From Lama guanicoe (lineage: Eukaryota), in the NCBI GenBank assembly GCA_013239625.1, contig MU054527.1, forward strand, positions 310,001 through 374,000: a stretch of 64,000 nucleotides of DNA. Reading direction: 5' to 3'. Below the pieces are notes generated by a model, which worked only from the letters and a program-made list of their open reading frames with translations, had not been told where the DNA came from and did no database searches. The position numbers and the translations under genes are program-made. Numbering within the stretch: position 1 is the stretch's first letter; each line of letters begins with the position of its first letter. This document shows, in pieces, positions 49,241-61,605 of this stretch.

Positions 49241-49479
49241 TTACCTTTCACATTGAAAGGCTCTTAAGAAAGTGTTGGGAACGTTTAGAAAAAGGGGAAA
49301 AGAAACTCTGGGGGAATCCAATTCTAGAACAGAAGCTGAAGGATGACCATGGCCAGGTATAGGTGGGATGTAATAACTGGAACAGTTTAGATTTATGTAG
49401 ATGCAAAAAGGATAAAGATTGAGGAAGCTCTTGACTGGAAACTGTATTTTAATGTCTTTGTCTGGAGTGCTGCCTTGGA

Positions 49480-49700
49480 GCCGCACTTTCTGACTTATTT
49501 AGCTGTCCTCCCATTAGTGGCTCTAGAATGGTGGGTAGTTTAACCTTAAGGGGCCTTAGTTTCCTCATTTTTAAAAGGGAGACACTAACCGTGTCTACCT
49601 CCTAGGGTTGTTAGGAGTGTTAAGTGAATTAATGCATGTAAATTGATTAAAACTGAGCCTAGCCATAGTCAGCCTTCAATACATGTTAGCTGCCATTAGA
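49480..49700 (+). mobile_element. MIR SINE
   Basis: 'ccttagtttcctcattttt...tctacctcctagggttgtt...catgttagct'. Confidence 0.75.
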
Positions 49701-51113
49701 AACGCTGGTGCTAAGAGCCTAAGGCTACTTCATTTGCTGAGAGTTATTGAAAGAAGATGCTTGGGGCTGGAAGGAAAAGGTAAAGCTTGGAGGAAACGCT
49801 ATTGAGAACCATTCCTCTAGGAATGACTGGGGGACTGTCAGATGGAGCAGGAGACCCACCTGAATCTGCTTTTGGACACTGCCTGCTCCCTGGCCTCCTA
49901 TCGGGGCCAGAGCCTTGGGATCTGTGAGACTCTTAGTGGTTATAAGAACCCTTTGAATCATGGCTTAGCCAATTAGCTGCAAGTCTGCTCGACGATTGCT
50001 TACTCCGAAGGCTTAGAAACCAAGAATGATTTTGACAACTTTTCGTTTATTTTTAAACTTAATTTAGAAATAGATTGGTCTATTTCTTTGGATAAAATAT
50101 TAGACTTTACATGAAAATTAGAATGTTAAAGAAGTTAGAGTTCTTGGACCATATGGCTGAAAAACTGAAGTTTGGCACACGACTCTGGTTTCTAATGAAT
50201 ATTTCATTTTGTGTACTTTGTCAGATTTATGCACTGCATATACATCTAGCTAGATGGAATTAAAAAGGAAAGGGCTGCCACTTTGTGGACTGGAGAATTT
50301 CTGAAACATTTGTCAATTACATTGATGACAGCAACATTTTGCAACTGTGGGCAATGATCATAAACGTGAAAAATCACCCCCTGGATTTCGTGCCTATGTC
50401 ACTAATGATGTACAGGTACTGAGGAAAAGCATACAGAAGACTAGCTTAGAAAACAAGTTAAAATAATTAAATAGCAAGGGGCAGTGAATTCATATTATTG
50501 GTAACTGGGAATAACACGGTAACTGGAATTCAGTGGAAATAGTGTAGAAAATTATTAGAATAAACTAAATTTTTATATGTATACATAGAGTATATCCAAA
50601 TATTTCACTGTAAGGAGGACTCAGTAGTACAATGATATCCTTTTATTTGATAAATATTTGGGGTGTTATCTGAAGAATTCCGTCTGTACCACCTTGTTGA
50701 TAATAGAAGGAATTAGAGAAGATTAATAAAGAAGTCGAAATTGAAAACTAAATTCTTGGAAGACATACCAACAGGATTTCATTAGATTCTTTAGAGCTGT
50801 ATCAAAACATTATGGGTGGAGAAGTCAGTTTGGTGGTTTGCAACCAGAATTTAAAAACATTGACTCAGACAACAAGTATCAGAGTAGTAAGAATGAATGT
50901 TCTATGAAGCTTTAGTTTTGTCCGTCTGTGTGTTTATATAGGGTTGTGGTGTAAAATGAACACCCTACTCTTGCTTTCAAACGTTTGAGAAATGATTTAG
51001 ACTGTATTAGAAAGATGACACTTAGAATAGGAAATTATAAAGTACACATAACGTTGAATCATTAGGAAATCTTAACCAATGAATCAGTTGATTGACCTCT
51101 GCAAACCAGATTA

Positions 51114-51639
51114 TGTGACAATCGAGGTTTCTCATAGACACGACTAACCTCAGTTTGCCCGATCGGCAGCTATTTCAGGGCAAGCTGAGCAACTTCCGTC
51201 TTCTGCAAAACCCGCCAATCAGCACTCAGCCTTCAGCATGCCTCATCTGCATAACAACTTCCGCCTCCCTGGTCCTGACTGAGGACTACTGGCGGGAAAG
51301 GTCATCCCCACCCCTCTCTCTTTCAGACACGCCCCTTTCACTTCCAGCATACTGACCAATCAGAACTTGCCTCTCACTACTCCTCATTTGCATAAGAACC
51401 CTCAATCGGCTGCCACCTACGGGAATAAATAACCAAGACTGCAAAAACCGGGCTCCAGTGTGTACGGAGACCCCGCCCTGCAGGTTTTCCAAAAACAGAC
51501 TTGCCCTTGAGCTGTCTCTCTCCTTCCTTTTTCTCTGGCTCTGACAGTTTCGAGAATAGATAAACAGGAGAACTGGGGTAGACATCCAAGCTGGGCCCTT
51601 CTTTTTCAGGAGATGGGATGACGGTTAGCATCATTACCA
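51114..51639 (+). mobile_element. Old ERV LTR (MER110-like) with duplicated ETS-CCAAT-octamer module
   Basis: TG...CA ends, start 'tgtgacaatcgaggtttctc', AATAAA at about 51424 and an internal diverged direct repeat. The family name is recalled, not searched. Confidence 0.45.
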
Positions 51640-53706
51640 GGCTGAATGAAAATGTAAGAGCTACACGTCTTCTGACCTCGGGGGCTAGAGGCCAAAACCA
51701 AGACTCAGAAACTGAAAACGTAACAAGGTTCAGATCAAAGCATAAAAATGTGGTCCAAATGGTCAGAGAGGCTACTGATAACAGAAAACTTGGAAATTGA
51801 GGTAAATTTTTATATTGTCTTCTCTCTTTTTCCTGCTCTCTTTTAAGGTAAAAGTTTATTTTGCCTAATTAGGTGGTATCTAATATGAGCAGTGCAGGCC
51901 ACTTGTCTGAATGAAGAAGTGACATCTAATATGTGTCATAATTTATCATAGTGCTTTCTGTTAGGATCAGTTGACGGTCCAATTTGTGGGGAGAAAATGG
52001 CGTAAACTCTGAGGCTTGAGTGAGGGACACTTGTCACGGCCGCACCTGCTCTCCCCTGTGTGTAAGTCTTTCATGGAAGCTAGGATGCAGTGGGAGGACT
52101 TTTTTGATAGGAGGTCTGTGTCCTCTTTTTGATCGTGCATTCCTTTCGGGAAGAGCCCAGTCATGTTTGCCTGTGAGCTGACAGCACTTTGAATATTGTT
52201 GACTTCCTCACAGTAGGAAAGCAATCCACATTTACCGCCCTGAACAGTTGACTTAATCTGAAAAGAGCAATGAAAAGCTATCAGGAAAAAAAAAAAAAAA
52301 AGGATACGGTAACTTAACATTATTGTAAAGGGTACCAAAGACTTACAAGTTATCTAACACGTGAATTGACCAAAACCAAATAAAACAATGACTCTCATGT
52401 CTGATGACTTAGCTGTGTTTTTTTCCTGCCTTTGAATTCCTGCTCTTTTATTCCTCCCTGAAAATGAATGAATGACTCAATCGGCTGGGGAAGCCAGTAT
52501 CTGAGAAATGGTACACTTGACTCTTCATTCTTGATCTATTCCTTAGAAAGGTGGCATGGCCCAGAAGTTTAGCGTGCAGTCTCTGTGCTTCTAGAAACTA
52601 CCTACGTTCAAATCCCAGCGGCCAGATTCCTGCAAGGTACAGGACCTCTCACGTCAAACCAGCTGATGGAATAAAAGAAACGTATTAGCCAGCAGAACTG
52701 GAAAGAGTTACGCTGTAGAGCTCCAGCACGTTTCATTCAAGGTTCCAGCTCCTTTCTCCCGTGATACTCTCAGCTCGGTCATGTCTACGCTTGTTAGCTT
52801 ACTCCTCAGGTCTGTCCCCATTATGGCTCAAAATTTGCAGCAACTCCAGATCTTACCCGAGCATACTGACATGCCTGGGTGGAGAGGGCGTACCATTGAC
52901 GTGTATGTCCCAGCAGAGGTCCCCAAGTTAATTGTGGTCCAGTTTGTTTAGAGTCCTTGGATGACAACGTCACTTGTGAGCCACCCAGGGGAACCAGAGG
53001 ACATGACTGAGGGCATTGGCTCAGCCAGCATTGAGGACTCAGTTGTCCTGGCAGCTGAGAAGGGAATCAAATTCCTTGAAACGACACAGGTCAGGCAAGG
53101 AAATTAGGTGGCAGCCTTTCTCCTTTCTACTCACCATTTATATGTTGGAGATATAATGCCATGTGTCCTATGTATTTCTGACATTTTGGATTTGGCTGGT
53201 CGCATCCCCAAGTGTTATCTAACACGCTCTCCAATTCCCCGGCTCCATCGTGCGGAGTTGGGGACGGGGCAGGTGGAAGGAGAGGACGTATCATGGCTCC
53301 AGTGCCGCAGACTCTCCATTTTCTCTGGGATTTAGTAGATTTTATCAAATAAATATTTCTTATTGGTTGTGTGCTCTTAAAAATACTTTTCACAGACTAC
53401 AAACGTTTTCTTTTTTTAAAAAAAATAAGCTTCACTGTTTCTTGGCTGTTTCACTGCAGAAACGGACCTGTCACACCACTTTTGTGGACGTGGAACCCTG
53501 TGTTATGAGGGACATACTTGTACTTGTTTTCTGTCGTCATTTTTTTATGATGTGGATTTGCCCAACGTTTATATGTTTTTCTTCATTTTGAGTTTTTAAA
53601 AATGTTTCTTACTTGATTGCTTTCTCTCAATTTATTTGGAATTTACGTGTGTATTTTAGTATCTATCATTGAAATTTTACCATGTAGGTTTTAAAAAGTA
53701 TAAAGC

Positions 53707-53950
53707 TATATATATTTTCTTTTCAGATTCTTTTCCATAATAGGCTATTACAAGAAATTGACTCTAGTTCCCTGCGCTCTATAGTAGGTCCTTGTTGTTT
53801 ATCTACTTTATATATAACAATGTGTGTCTGTTCATTCCCAGCCCCTAATTTATAATTATATGTATTTGTATAACTGAATCACTTTGCTATACACCTAGAA
53901 CTAATATTGTAACTCAACTACACTTCAATAAAAATGTAAAAAAAAATAAA
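53707..53950 (+). mobile_element. Short 5'-inverted L1 3' end (inverted ~53707-53852; sense ~53854-53950 with A tail)
   Basis: The reverse complement of L1 'ataaattagg...gggaactagagtcaatttcttgtaatagcc...gaatctgaaaagaa' is followed by sense 'gtataactgaatcactttgctatacacct...cttcaataaaa'. Confidence 0.85.
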
Positions 53951-53958
53951 GTTAAATT

Positions 53959-54140
53959 AGTGATTCTCAGCTGGAGGTTTTGCCCTGCACCCCCAGAGGA
54001 TATTTTGTTAATATACCTGGAAATATTTTCTGGGCTGAAATGGGGTGGGGGATATGCTGCTTGCATTTATGTGCAGAAGACAGAGATGCTGTTATAAAAT
54101 CTTACAATGCAAAGGACAGACTTCACAGCAAAGTGTTAGC
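53959..54140. mobile_element. MER20 hAT MITE
   Basis: 'agtgattctcagctgg...ttttgccc', 'cagagatgctgtta' and 'tacaatgcaaaggacag'. Confidence 0.75.
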
Positions 54141-55654
54141 CACTGTGACCCCCATCATCGTGATCCCTGTGGCTCTGAGTTACTCTATGTTTTGAGACTT
54201 TCCCTACCTTTTATGGAACCAGGAATGCCGCGACTACTGCATCCTTTCCAGGTGTCAGTTGCTCTGCAGCCAGAGGGTTACTTGGAGCCCCTAATCAGCC
54301 CTCACGCCTGGGGTGGGGGGGACGTCTGCAGCCCTGTTAGAAGGCGTACAACTGACCGCGCATTGCGTCTGTCAGCCCAGAAGTTCACAGGACAGGCTAA
54401 GGAAGGGGTGAGTCCCCTGTGCTGTCGTTTTGCAAATGGAACTTTCGCAATGAAGCTTCTGTTGACCAATGGCCAGCACTATGAAACCCTGGAGGATTTC
54501 AAGGTGTTTCGTGATAGAAGTCAGGCTGGTGAAATGGACCAGTTTTACTAGGTTGCCTACATGGTTTGTGTGCCTTTGTGGCCAAACTTGAGTTCAGATT
54601 CTTTGAGATGAAACTGCCTGCAATTCTTCTAGACACTGATGGATCAACTTTATCAAATGCCAGTGCATAATGCTGAGGCCAGGAGCCTGATCCTTCAGCG
54701 TCAGGGGCTTCTCCTGCCGGGAGACAGGTAGTCAGCGCCGTCACTCGGTGCTCTGCGGAGCTGTCAGGTGTGATAGCTCATCTCTGCCTTCCTCTGTTTT
54801 GGGAAGCCACTGATGTCAGGGCTGGAATAAGTAATTTGGACACTTTAGTTACAGACAGCAGAAATGGAATCAATACATGCCAAGATTAACTTCAGTGATT
54901 AATCCCAGGATCAATGAACCAAATGATCATCGTCCGTGTCAGCGGAAGAGCCTGCGATGCAAAATTGTGATGAAGGAGGGGGTTGATTTTCACCGGCTGG
55001 CTGAGGCACCAGGCGTATCTGAGGCCACTGTGCTCACTTCCCTTGCCTCGGGGCTGCGCTAGTGACACCTTTGCGCTGCAGCCGGTTCCCGGTGTCACAC
55101 GCTGGGGTGCTCAGAAGCCAGATTTGACAATGATGAGATGCAAAGTCGACTTCGTCTGGGCTGCTAAATCTCCAAGGGTAATGCCAAGCTAGTGAAACGT
55201 CTAACTTTTAAATGAGAGTGATTATTCTGACTCTGTGTTAGACGTAGGCGGGTGTCGTTGCTGTTTTGCAAAAGAGAGCAGAGGAGCTGGAGGAAGAGCT
55301 GGGAATATGATTGCCCAGCCGAAGGCTGTGTGTGTCACCTGCACAGGGGCTTGGAGCCGTGTTAGTGGCGCGGCTTCCTCGCGGGGACCCCGGGCGGAGC
55401 GCACCCACCCTGTGGGTGGGGCTGAAGGATTACCACGTGCCGGGTGCGGTGCTCGGGGTTCTACGAATTTTATTTAAAGATCACAGCAACTGTGGCTGGA
55501 AGGTGCTGTTAATATCCTCACTTTACAGGTAAAGAAACTGAAATAACTTTCCCAAGGGCACGCACCTAATTTGAGCCCAGGTCTGCCTGATGCTGGGTTC
55601 TCAGGGCTCAGATGCTTAGTGGAGACCGTCCAGGTGGGGCTGAGGAGAGATGGC

Positions 55655-56078
55655 TCTTGTCCTGGGTGGAATCATATCCCCTCAAACAGGCATGTTAAAA
55701 CCCTGACCTCCAGGATCCCAGGATACCTATACCTCCTTGGAAATAGGGTCACTGCAGATGCACTTAGTTAAGTGAAGATGAGGTCGTACTGGAGAAGGGT
55801 GGGCCACGAACCCAGTATGCACGGTGTCCTTGTGAGAAGATGGCTTTGTGAAGATGGACACGAAGGCGAACGGCGTGTGAAGATGGGAGACTGGGGGGAG
55901 GCATCCGTATGCCCAGGATGCCAAAGATGGCCCACAAACCACGCAGTTTCAGAGACAGCGTGGCTCTGTCAACACCTGGATGTGAGGCTGTGAGCCCTCA
56001 GGATGTGAGACGATACATTCTGTTGTTTTAAGCCACCCGATTTGTGGTACTTAGTGATCGTCAACCTAGGAAACGCTT
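55655..56078 (+). mobile_element. MLT1 (MLT1B/C-like) LTR
   Basis: 'ttggaaatagggtcactgcagatg', 'aagatgaggtcgtactgga' and 'ttctgttgtttaagccacccgatttgtggtac'. Confidence 0.85.
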
Positions 56079-58056
56079 GGGTTAAGCGCTTACATCTGCC
56101 GGTATGTGCGGATGTGTTATCGCAATATCTGTTAAGGCGAGGCGCCCGTGGTCCTTAAAGGCTTCTCTGTGCAGAGCCCAGCGTCAAGAGCGACAGGAAC
56201 GTGACGTCCCCGAAACTCAGTCTCTGTGCTGGGCTCCCCCAGTGCTTATGATTTATTTCTCATTTGCTATTTGCCAGGCACTCCCCGGCGGTAAGGAGCT
56301 CCCATCAGGAAATGAGCTGGCCGCTGGAGACAGGTCTGCCCCGGGACCAAGGGCGAGGCCCTTCCCTGCCTGGCTTTGTGACCCTGGGGAAAGGACTTAG
56401 CCTGCTCTTTGTCTCCGTTCCTTATCTGTAATATGGGAGTGGTGACAGCAGAGAGGTCCTGGTGAGCACTGGTTAAACTGATTCCTGCCAGGGGTGGAGC
56501 CCCGTGTTGAGCGCACAAGTGCACCATAGAGGGGCAGCGTTATTACGGTAGCTTTGTGTCTTTGATAACTGCAAGGTGGGTACTGTCATCCCCATTTTAT
56601 AAAAGGGCTAAGTGACTTCCCTAGGGCGTGGGGACAGTAGTTGGCAGAAAGGAGTGCCCACTGGTGTGCAGTCCTTCAAAATTTGGGGTTGCGTTCCTTC
56701 CACCTCTCCACCCCTCAAACTCGAGAGCATGTCGCCCGGTCTGGTAGACAAGCGGAGATAGGGTACAGGCCGTGCCTGGGAAGGGGGTCCGGTGAGTGGT
56801 TCGACTGTCTTCTGGGCGGGTTCTCATGTCGCTGGGACGGGCACTCAGTGAAGGCTCCGCCAGGGAGGAATTCGGGTCTCGGAACCGCTGGTCTCCTCTT
56901 CATCCATCTCAGAAGCATCCACCAGTCTGCCTTTTCTATGTCTCGGTAACTTTGGGGAATACTGTACCTTGAAAGAGAGGTGAGAGGGAGGGTGAGTTAG
57001 GGGTGGGTAAGCTCACTTCTTGCCCCATTAGGCTCATGAAGTGGGGCGATCTGAGACTGGATATCACACTATTTTTAAAACGCTTGTTGGCTAGAAATGC
57101 TAAGAAGCTTTTTTTTTGTTTGTTTTTTCTTCCTTCTTCTTCCTCTAGGAATGGAACAAAACCCAGACCCAAATATAACATTTGAATGGACCCTTTGGTC
57201 ATGAAAATTCAAAGCCAAAATCTGGCTTCAAAGTGGGGAAATTCAAGATAGTGTGGAGCTAAATAATTTGCCTGCATAAAAGTCTAAATGTTATCTCTAT
57301 CATGGACCAAATTTCAAGGTGAAAAGGGAAGACGGTCACTTCGCGATTCCACATTACGCGCTAGGGTAGACGCACGCACACTGGAAAAGTGGGGGAGGGG
57401 GTGAAACGCATTAGGTCCCAGACTCAGAGAGCACTGTCTGTGATGGAGAAGCCCAAACGCCGTTTCAAATAAAACGCTCCTGGACTCTTAGCCTCAAACC
57501 ACTTTCCTGATAAAATTACAGAGTGTGTTCCATTTATATCTGTATTAACTTTCAACCTTTGCCCCATTCCAAGAGTAGAAGATTAATCACAGAGTTTAAT
57601 AGTGTAAATTAATGAGGGCAAATCTGAATTCCTGTTAGAACCAGACGCCAGAAGTGTTTAACCACGATGCAGTTTTATTGTCTCTTGTTGTATATGTAAA
57701 TACAAAGGGGTGAATTCCAAGTAAAATAAAGCTCTTTGAACAATATCACTTGGTATAATGTATTGAAAATACTCCTCCATGTTAAAAAAATGCCTAGTAC
57801 ATATAAATGAATTGAAATTGTCGTAGAAGGAATTTGAAATATCCTTGGCTGCTAATGTCAGTCACAGGTGTGTGACCTTGAATACCCACAGAGGGTTATC
57901 TGGAACTTTTTATCCCATCAGGCTCTCAAGACCTGATCATTCATTCAGGATTAGTAGATGAGAAACTACTGATGTTTTCTGATCTAAGTACCTAGGCGGT
58001 CTGGGAAGGTCTCCGTTTGGCCTCGGAAAGCGTCCCTTGGTGTAGAAGAGGCAGAG

Positions 58057-58075
58057 GGCCAGCAGGTGGCAGTGT
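58057..58075 (+). promoter_or_regulatory. CTCF site at the edge of a small CpG-rich patch (about 58050-58470)
   Basis: GGCCAGCAGGTGGCAGTG is a near-consensus CTCF core. Confidence 0.65.
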
Positions 58076-59539
58076 GTCCCCACCCGCGAGGGACGCGCGC
58101 CCTCCTCAGGAAAAGCCCCCGCTCAGGCTGCACGCAAGTCCCAGGAAAATGTTTCTTTGCTCTGTCAAGGGTGGAAATCCGTCAACAGCCATGCTCTTTT
58201 CTCCGCAGAGCCGCAGAGGGCGGGAGGGGCGCCTGCCACCGGGGTCCCCGGCTTTGGGGCGGGCTGCTGCCGCGGGAGCGCAGGTGCACCTGCCCTCTCT
58301 CTCACCCCGCCCGTTTCTGGAAAAGCCCTGCCGGAGGCCCCCCGGGGCTGACGGCCGAGCGGGAGGCAGAGGGTCTGCAGGGTGTGCTCTGCACAGAACA
58401 GCAGCTTCCAAACCCGCTCCGGGTAGACAACAGGCTGCCGGGGGGCACCGGGGCGCTGGCGGGCCGCTCACCTTTCTTCTTGCTTTTGATGCAAAGAGAT
58501 CCCCTGGGTGTTGCTCAGCAATGCGAAGTCATGAATCACTGAGCTGGAAAGAACCTTCGAGTTCATGGCCAATGCCCTTGTTTCAGACAGAAAGAACCGA
58601 GGCGGAGCTCAGTACTCACTCCAGACCACACAGCGGGGGCCGCCCTCTCGGGTGCACCTTCCCCCTCACATTTACAATGTCTTGGCAACAGGTGAAAAGG
58701 CAAAAGCAAAGGAAATCATGGTTCTTTTTTTTTTGGACTGACTTTTGTGTCCTTCTTTGTTTGGTACACCTGTGGATCTGTAGCCCCCAGAACGAACCGC
58801 CAGCTGATAGGCTCCAAATTTATAAATTCATCACCCAGAGCTCAGAGAGGTTAAGAGACTGGCCCGTGGTCACACAGCAAGTAAGTGGCACTCGGGATTT
58901 GTGTCTCTTCCTGTAAAGAGAAGCAAGAGTTGGTTTTTTTAAAAAGTTGTGCAATGCTGAGCGGGGAGATAAACATGAGAAAGATTAGCAGAGGATTCTA
59001 AATTCCACACTGACTCATCCTTGTCTTTGCAAATACCGCTCTTCCCTTCATGGAATGCTCGCCCCAGTCCTGTCTTCATCCTCGAATCCGCCCACTCTCT
59101 GAACGCTCCAGCTCAAAGCGCTTAATCCCCTGAGCAAGTGTATTATTTATGGTTGGTGTCCCTCGCCCAGCACATGTCGTTTATTGTGTTTAAGGAACGT
59201 TTATCTCTTCATACGTAAAAAATAGTTTCTTCCAGTTTGACAATAGGTGTTTACTAAACATTTTGGTGAACTAATGAATTAAACATTTAAGTGGTTAGTT
59301 GGAGTTTACAAAAATAAGACATATCCCTCAAGGGAATGTTAATACTGCTCCCTTAGAGTTAATATTTTTTAGTTCTGGGAGCTCAGAATCTCTTAGAGCA
59401 GGGCTGCTGTCGGCTCTCTGGAAGCACTGAACTAGCCATCTGTGGTGGGTGCTGGCCACACTAGCCTTGCCTGTTGAGGGTGTGTGGCCCCTTAGGAGAC
59501 AAAACAAACAAGGAAACAAAAAACAATTAGAAAATGAGA

Positions 59540-60512
59540 CCTTAGCAGACTCTCACAAAAGAAGACACAAATGTAGCAAATAAGCACATGAAGAGATGCT
59601 TGCCATCATGTGACATCAGGGAAACACAAATTAAAACAAGAATGAGGTACCACTACACGTCTATCAGAACGGCCAAAATCCAGAACACAGACCACTCCAG
59701 ACGCTGACAAGGAAGGGGGGCAATGGGAACTCTCATTCATTGTCGGTAAGAACGAAAAATAGCCACTTTGGAAGACAGTGTGACAGTTTCTTATAAAACT
59801 AAACAAACCCTTGCCATGTGATCCAATCCTTGCCCTCCTTGGTATTTACCCAAATGGCTAGAAAACATGTCCACACATAAATCTGCATGTGGGTGTTTAT
59901 AGAAAATTTATTCATAATTGACAAAACTTGGAAGCAACTAAGATACCTTTCTGTGACTGAATGGATGAATTCACCATGGTACATCGAGCCAATGGAATAT
60001 TGTTCAGCACTGAAAAGGCATGAGGTATCAAGCCCTGAAAAGACAAGGGAGAACATTAAATGCATATTATTAAGTGAAAGAAGCCAATATGAAAAAAACC
60101 ACACACTGTATGGGTCCAACAATATGACATCCTGAAAAAGGCAAAACTGTGCAAACAGTAGAAGACAGGTAGTTGCTGGACGTTATCAGACAGGTATGGA
60201 TAGGCAGAGGACAGTGGGTTTTCAGGAGAGTGAACATGCTCTGCGTGACACCTTAATGATGGATACATGTCATACATTCGTTGAAACCCACAGAATGTGC
60301 AATACCAGGAGTGAACTTCAATGTAACTGTGATTATAATGTGTCAGTGTAGGTCCGTCAGTTGTAACAAATGTACTACCTGGTGGGGGATGTTGATAATG
60401 GAGGAGGCTGTGCATGTGTGGGGCAGAGAGCATATGGGAAAGCTCTATACCTTCTCAAATTTGCTGTGGATGTAAAAATGCTCTAAAAATAAAATCTTAA
60501 ATTAAAAAAAAA
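59540..60512 (+). mobile_element. L1 (L1MB/MC-like) 3' part with A tail
   Basis: 'aataagcacatgaagagatgc', 'ccttggtatttacccaaatg' and the end 'ttgtaacaaatgtactacctggtggggg...ctctaaaaataaa'. Confidence 0.85.
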
Positions 60513-60977
60513 AAGGACTTGGTGTTTGGTGACAGTGTCTCTTTCAGAACTGGAAGGGATGTGACGTGCTTGTCTGCACGGCACTGAGCCATAGGTCACA
60601 CCATGGGAATGTGAACTGGTATAGATGTTGGATGGAGTGCTTTCCAGTGCTTTGTTCTATACCAGGGCTATAGGGATGTGGGTCTCAGATTTGACCGGGT
60701 CAGGACGAGGAAATGCATCAGGACAAAAAGCCTGATACTATTTACAATCCCAATGGCATAACAATTAACAATATTGCAAGAAAAGACTAAAGGAANNNNN
60801 NNNNNNNNNNNNNNNNNNNNNNNNNNNNNNNNNNNNNNNNNNNNNNNNNNNNNNNNNNNNNNNNNNNNNNNNNNNNNNNNNNNNNNNNNNNNNNNNNNNN
60901 NNNNNNNNNNNNNNNNNNNNNNNNNNNNNNNNNNNNNNNNNNNNNNNNNNNNNNNNNNNNNNNNNNNNNNNNNNNNN

Positions 60978-61605
60978 GAACCCTAGGCCAAACAGACACC
61001 TGCACCCAATGTTCACAGCAGCACTATTTACAATAGCCAAGACATGGGAANNNNNNNNNNNNNNNNNNNNNNNNNNNNNNNNNNNNNNNNNNNNNNNNNN
61101 NNNNNNNNNNNNNNNNNNNNNNNNNNNNNNNNNNNNNNNNNNNNNNNNNNNNNNNNNNNNNNNNNNNNNNNNNNNNNNNNCATTCTAAGTGAAGTAAGCC
61201 AGACAGAGAAAGGAAAATACCATATGATATCACTCATATGTGGAATCTAAAGAGAAAAAAAGACAAATGAACTTATATATAAGAAAGAAACAGACTCACA
61301 GACATAGAATACAGACTTGTGGTTGTCGGGGGGAGGGGAGTGGGAAGGGATAAACTGGGAGTTCGAGATTTGCAGACACTGACTGGTATGTATAAAACAG
61401 ATAAACAAATTTATACTGTACAGCACAGGGAAACATATTTAATATTTTGTAGTAGCTTATGGTGAAAAAAAATAAAATGAATATATGTATATTCATGTAT
61501 GACTGAAGCACTATGCTGTGCACTGGAAATCGACACATTGTAAACTGACTGTATCTCAATAAACAACAACAACAACAATAATAATAATAAAAAGAAAAAA
61601 GAAAG
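60978..61605 (+). mobile_element. Relatively young L1 3' end (flanked and interrupted by N blocks 60796-60977 and 61051-61180)
   Basis: 'tgcacccaatgttcacagcagcactatttacaatagccaagacatgg', 'cattctaagtgaagtaagccagacagagaaa' and an (AAC)n(AAT)n A-rich tail. Confidence 0.92.

Noticed and set aside
58017-58916. 299-aa ORF
   Set aside because: It has a non-ATG start, crosses a GC-rich patch and MIR fragments, and has no recognisable domain.
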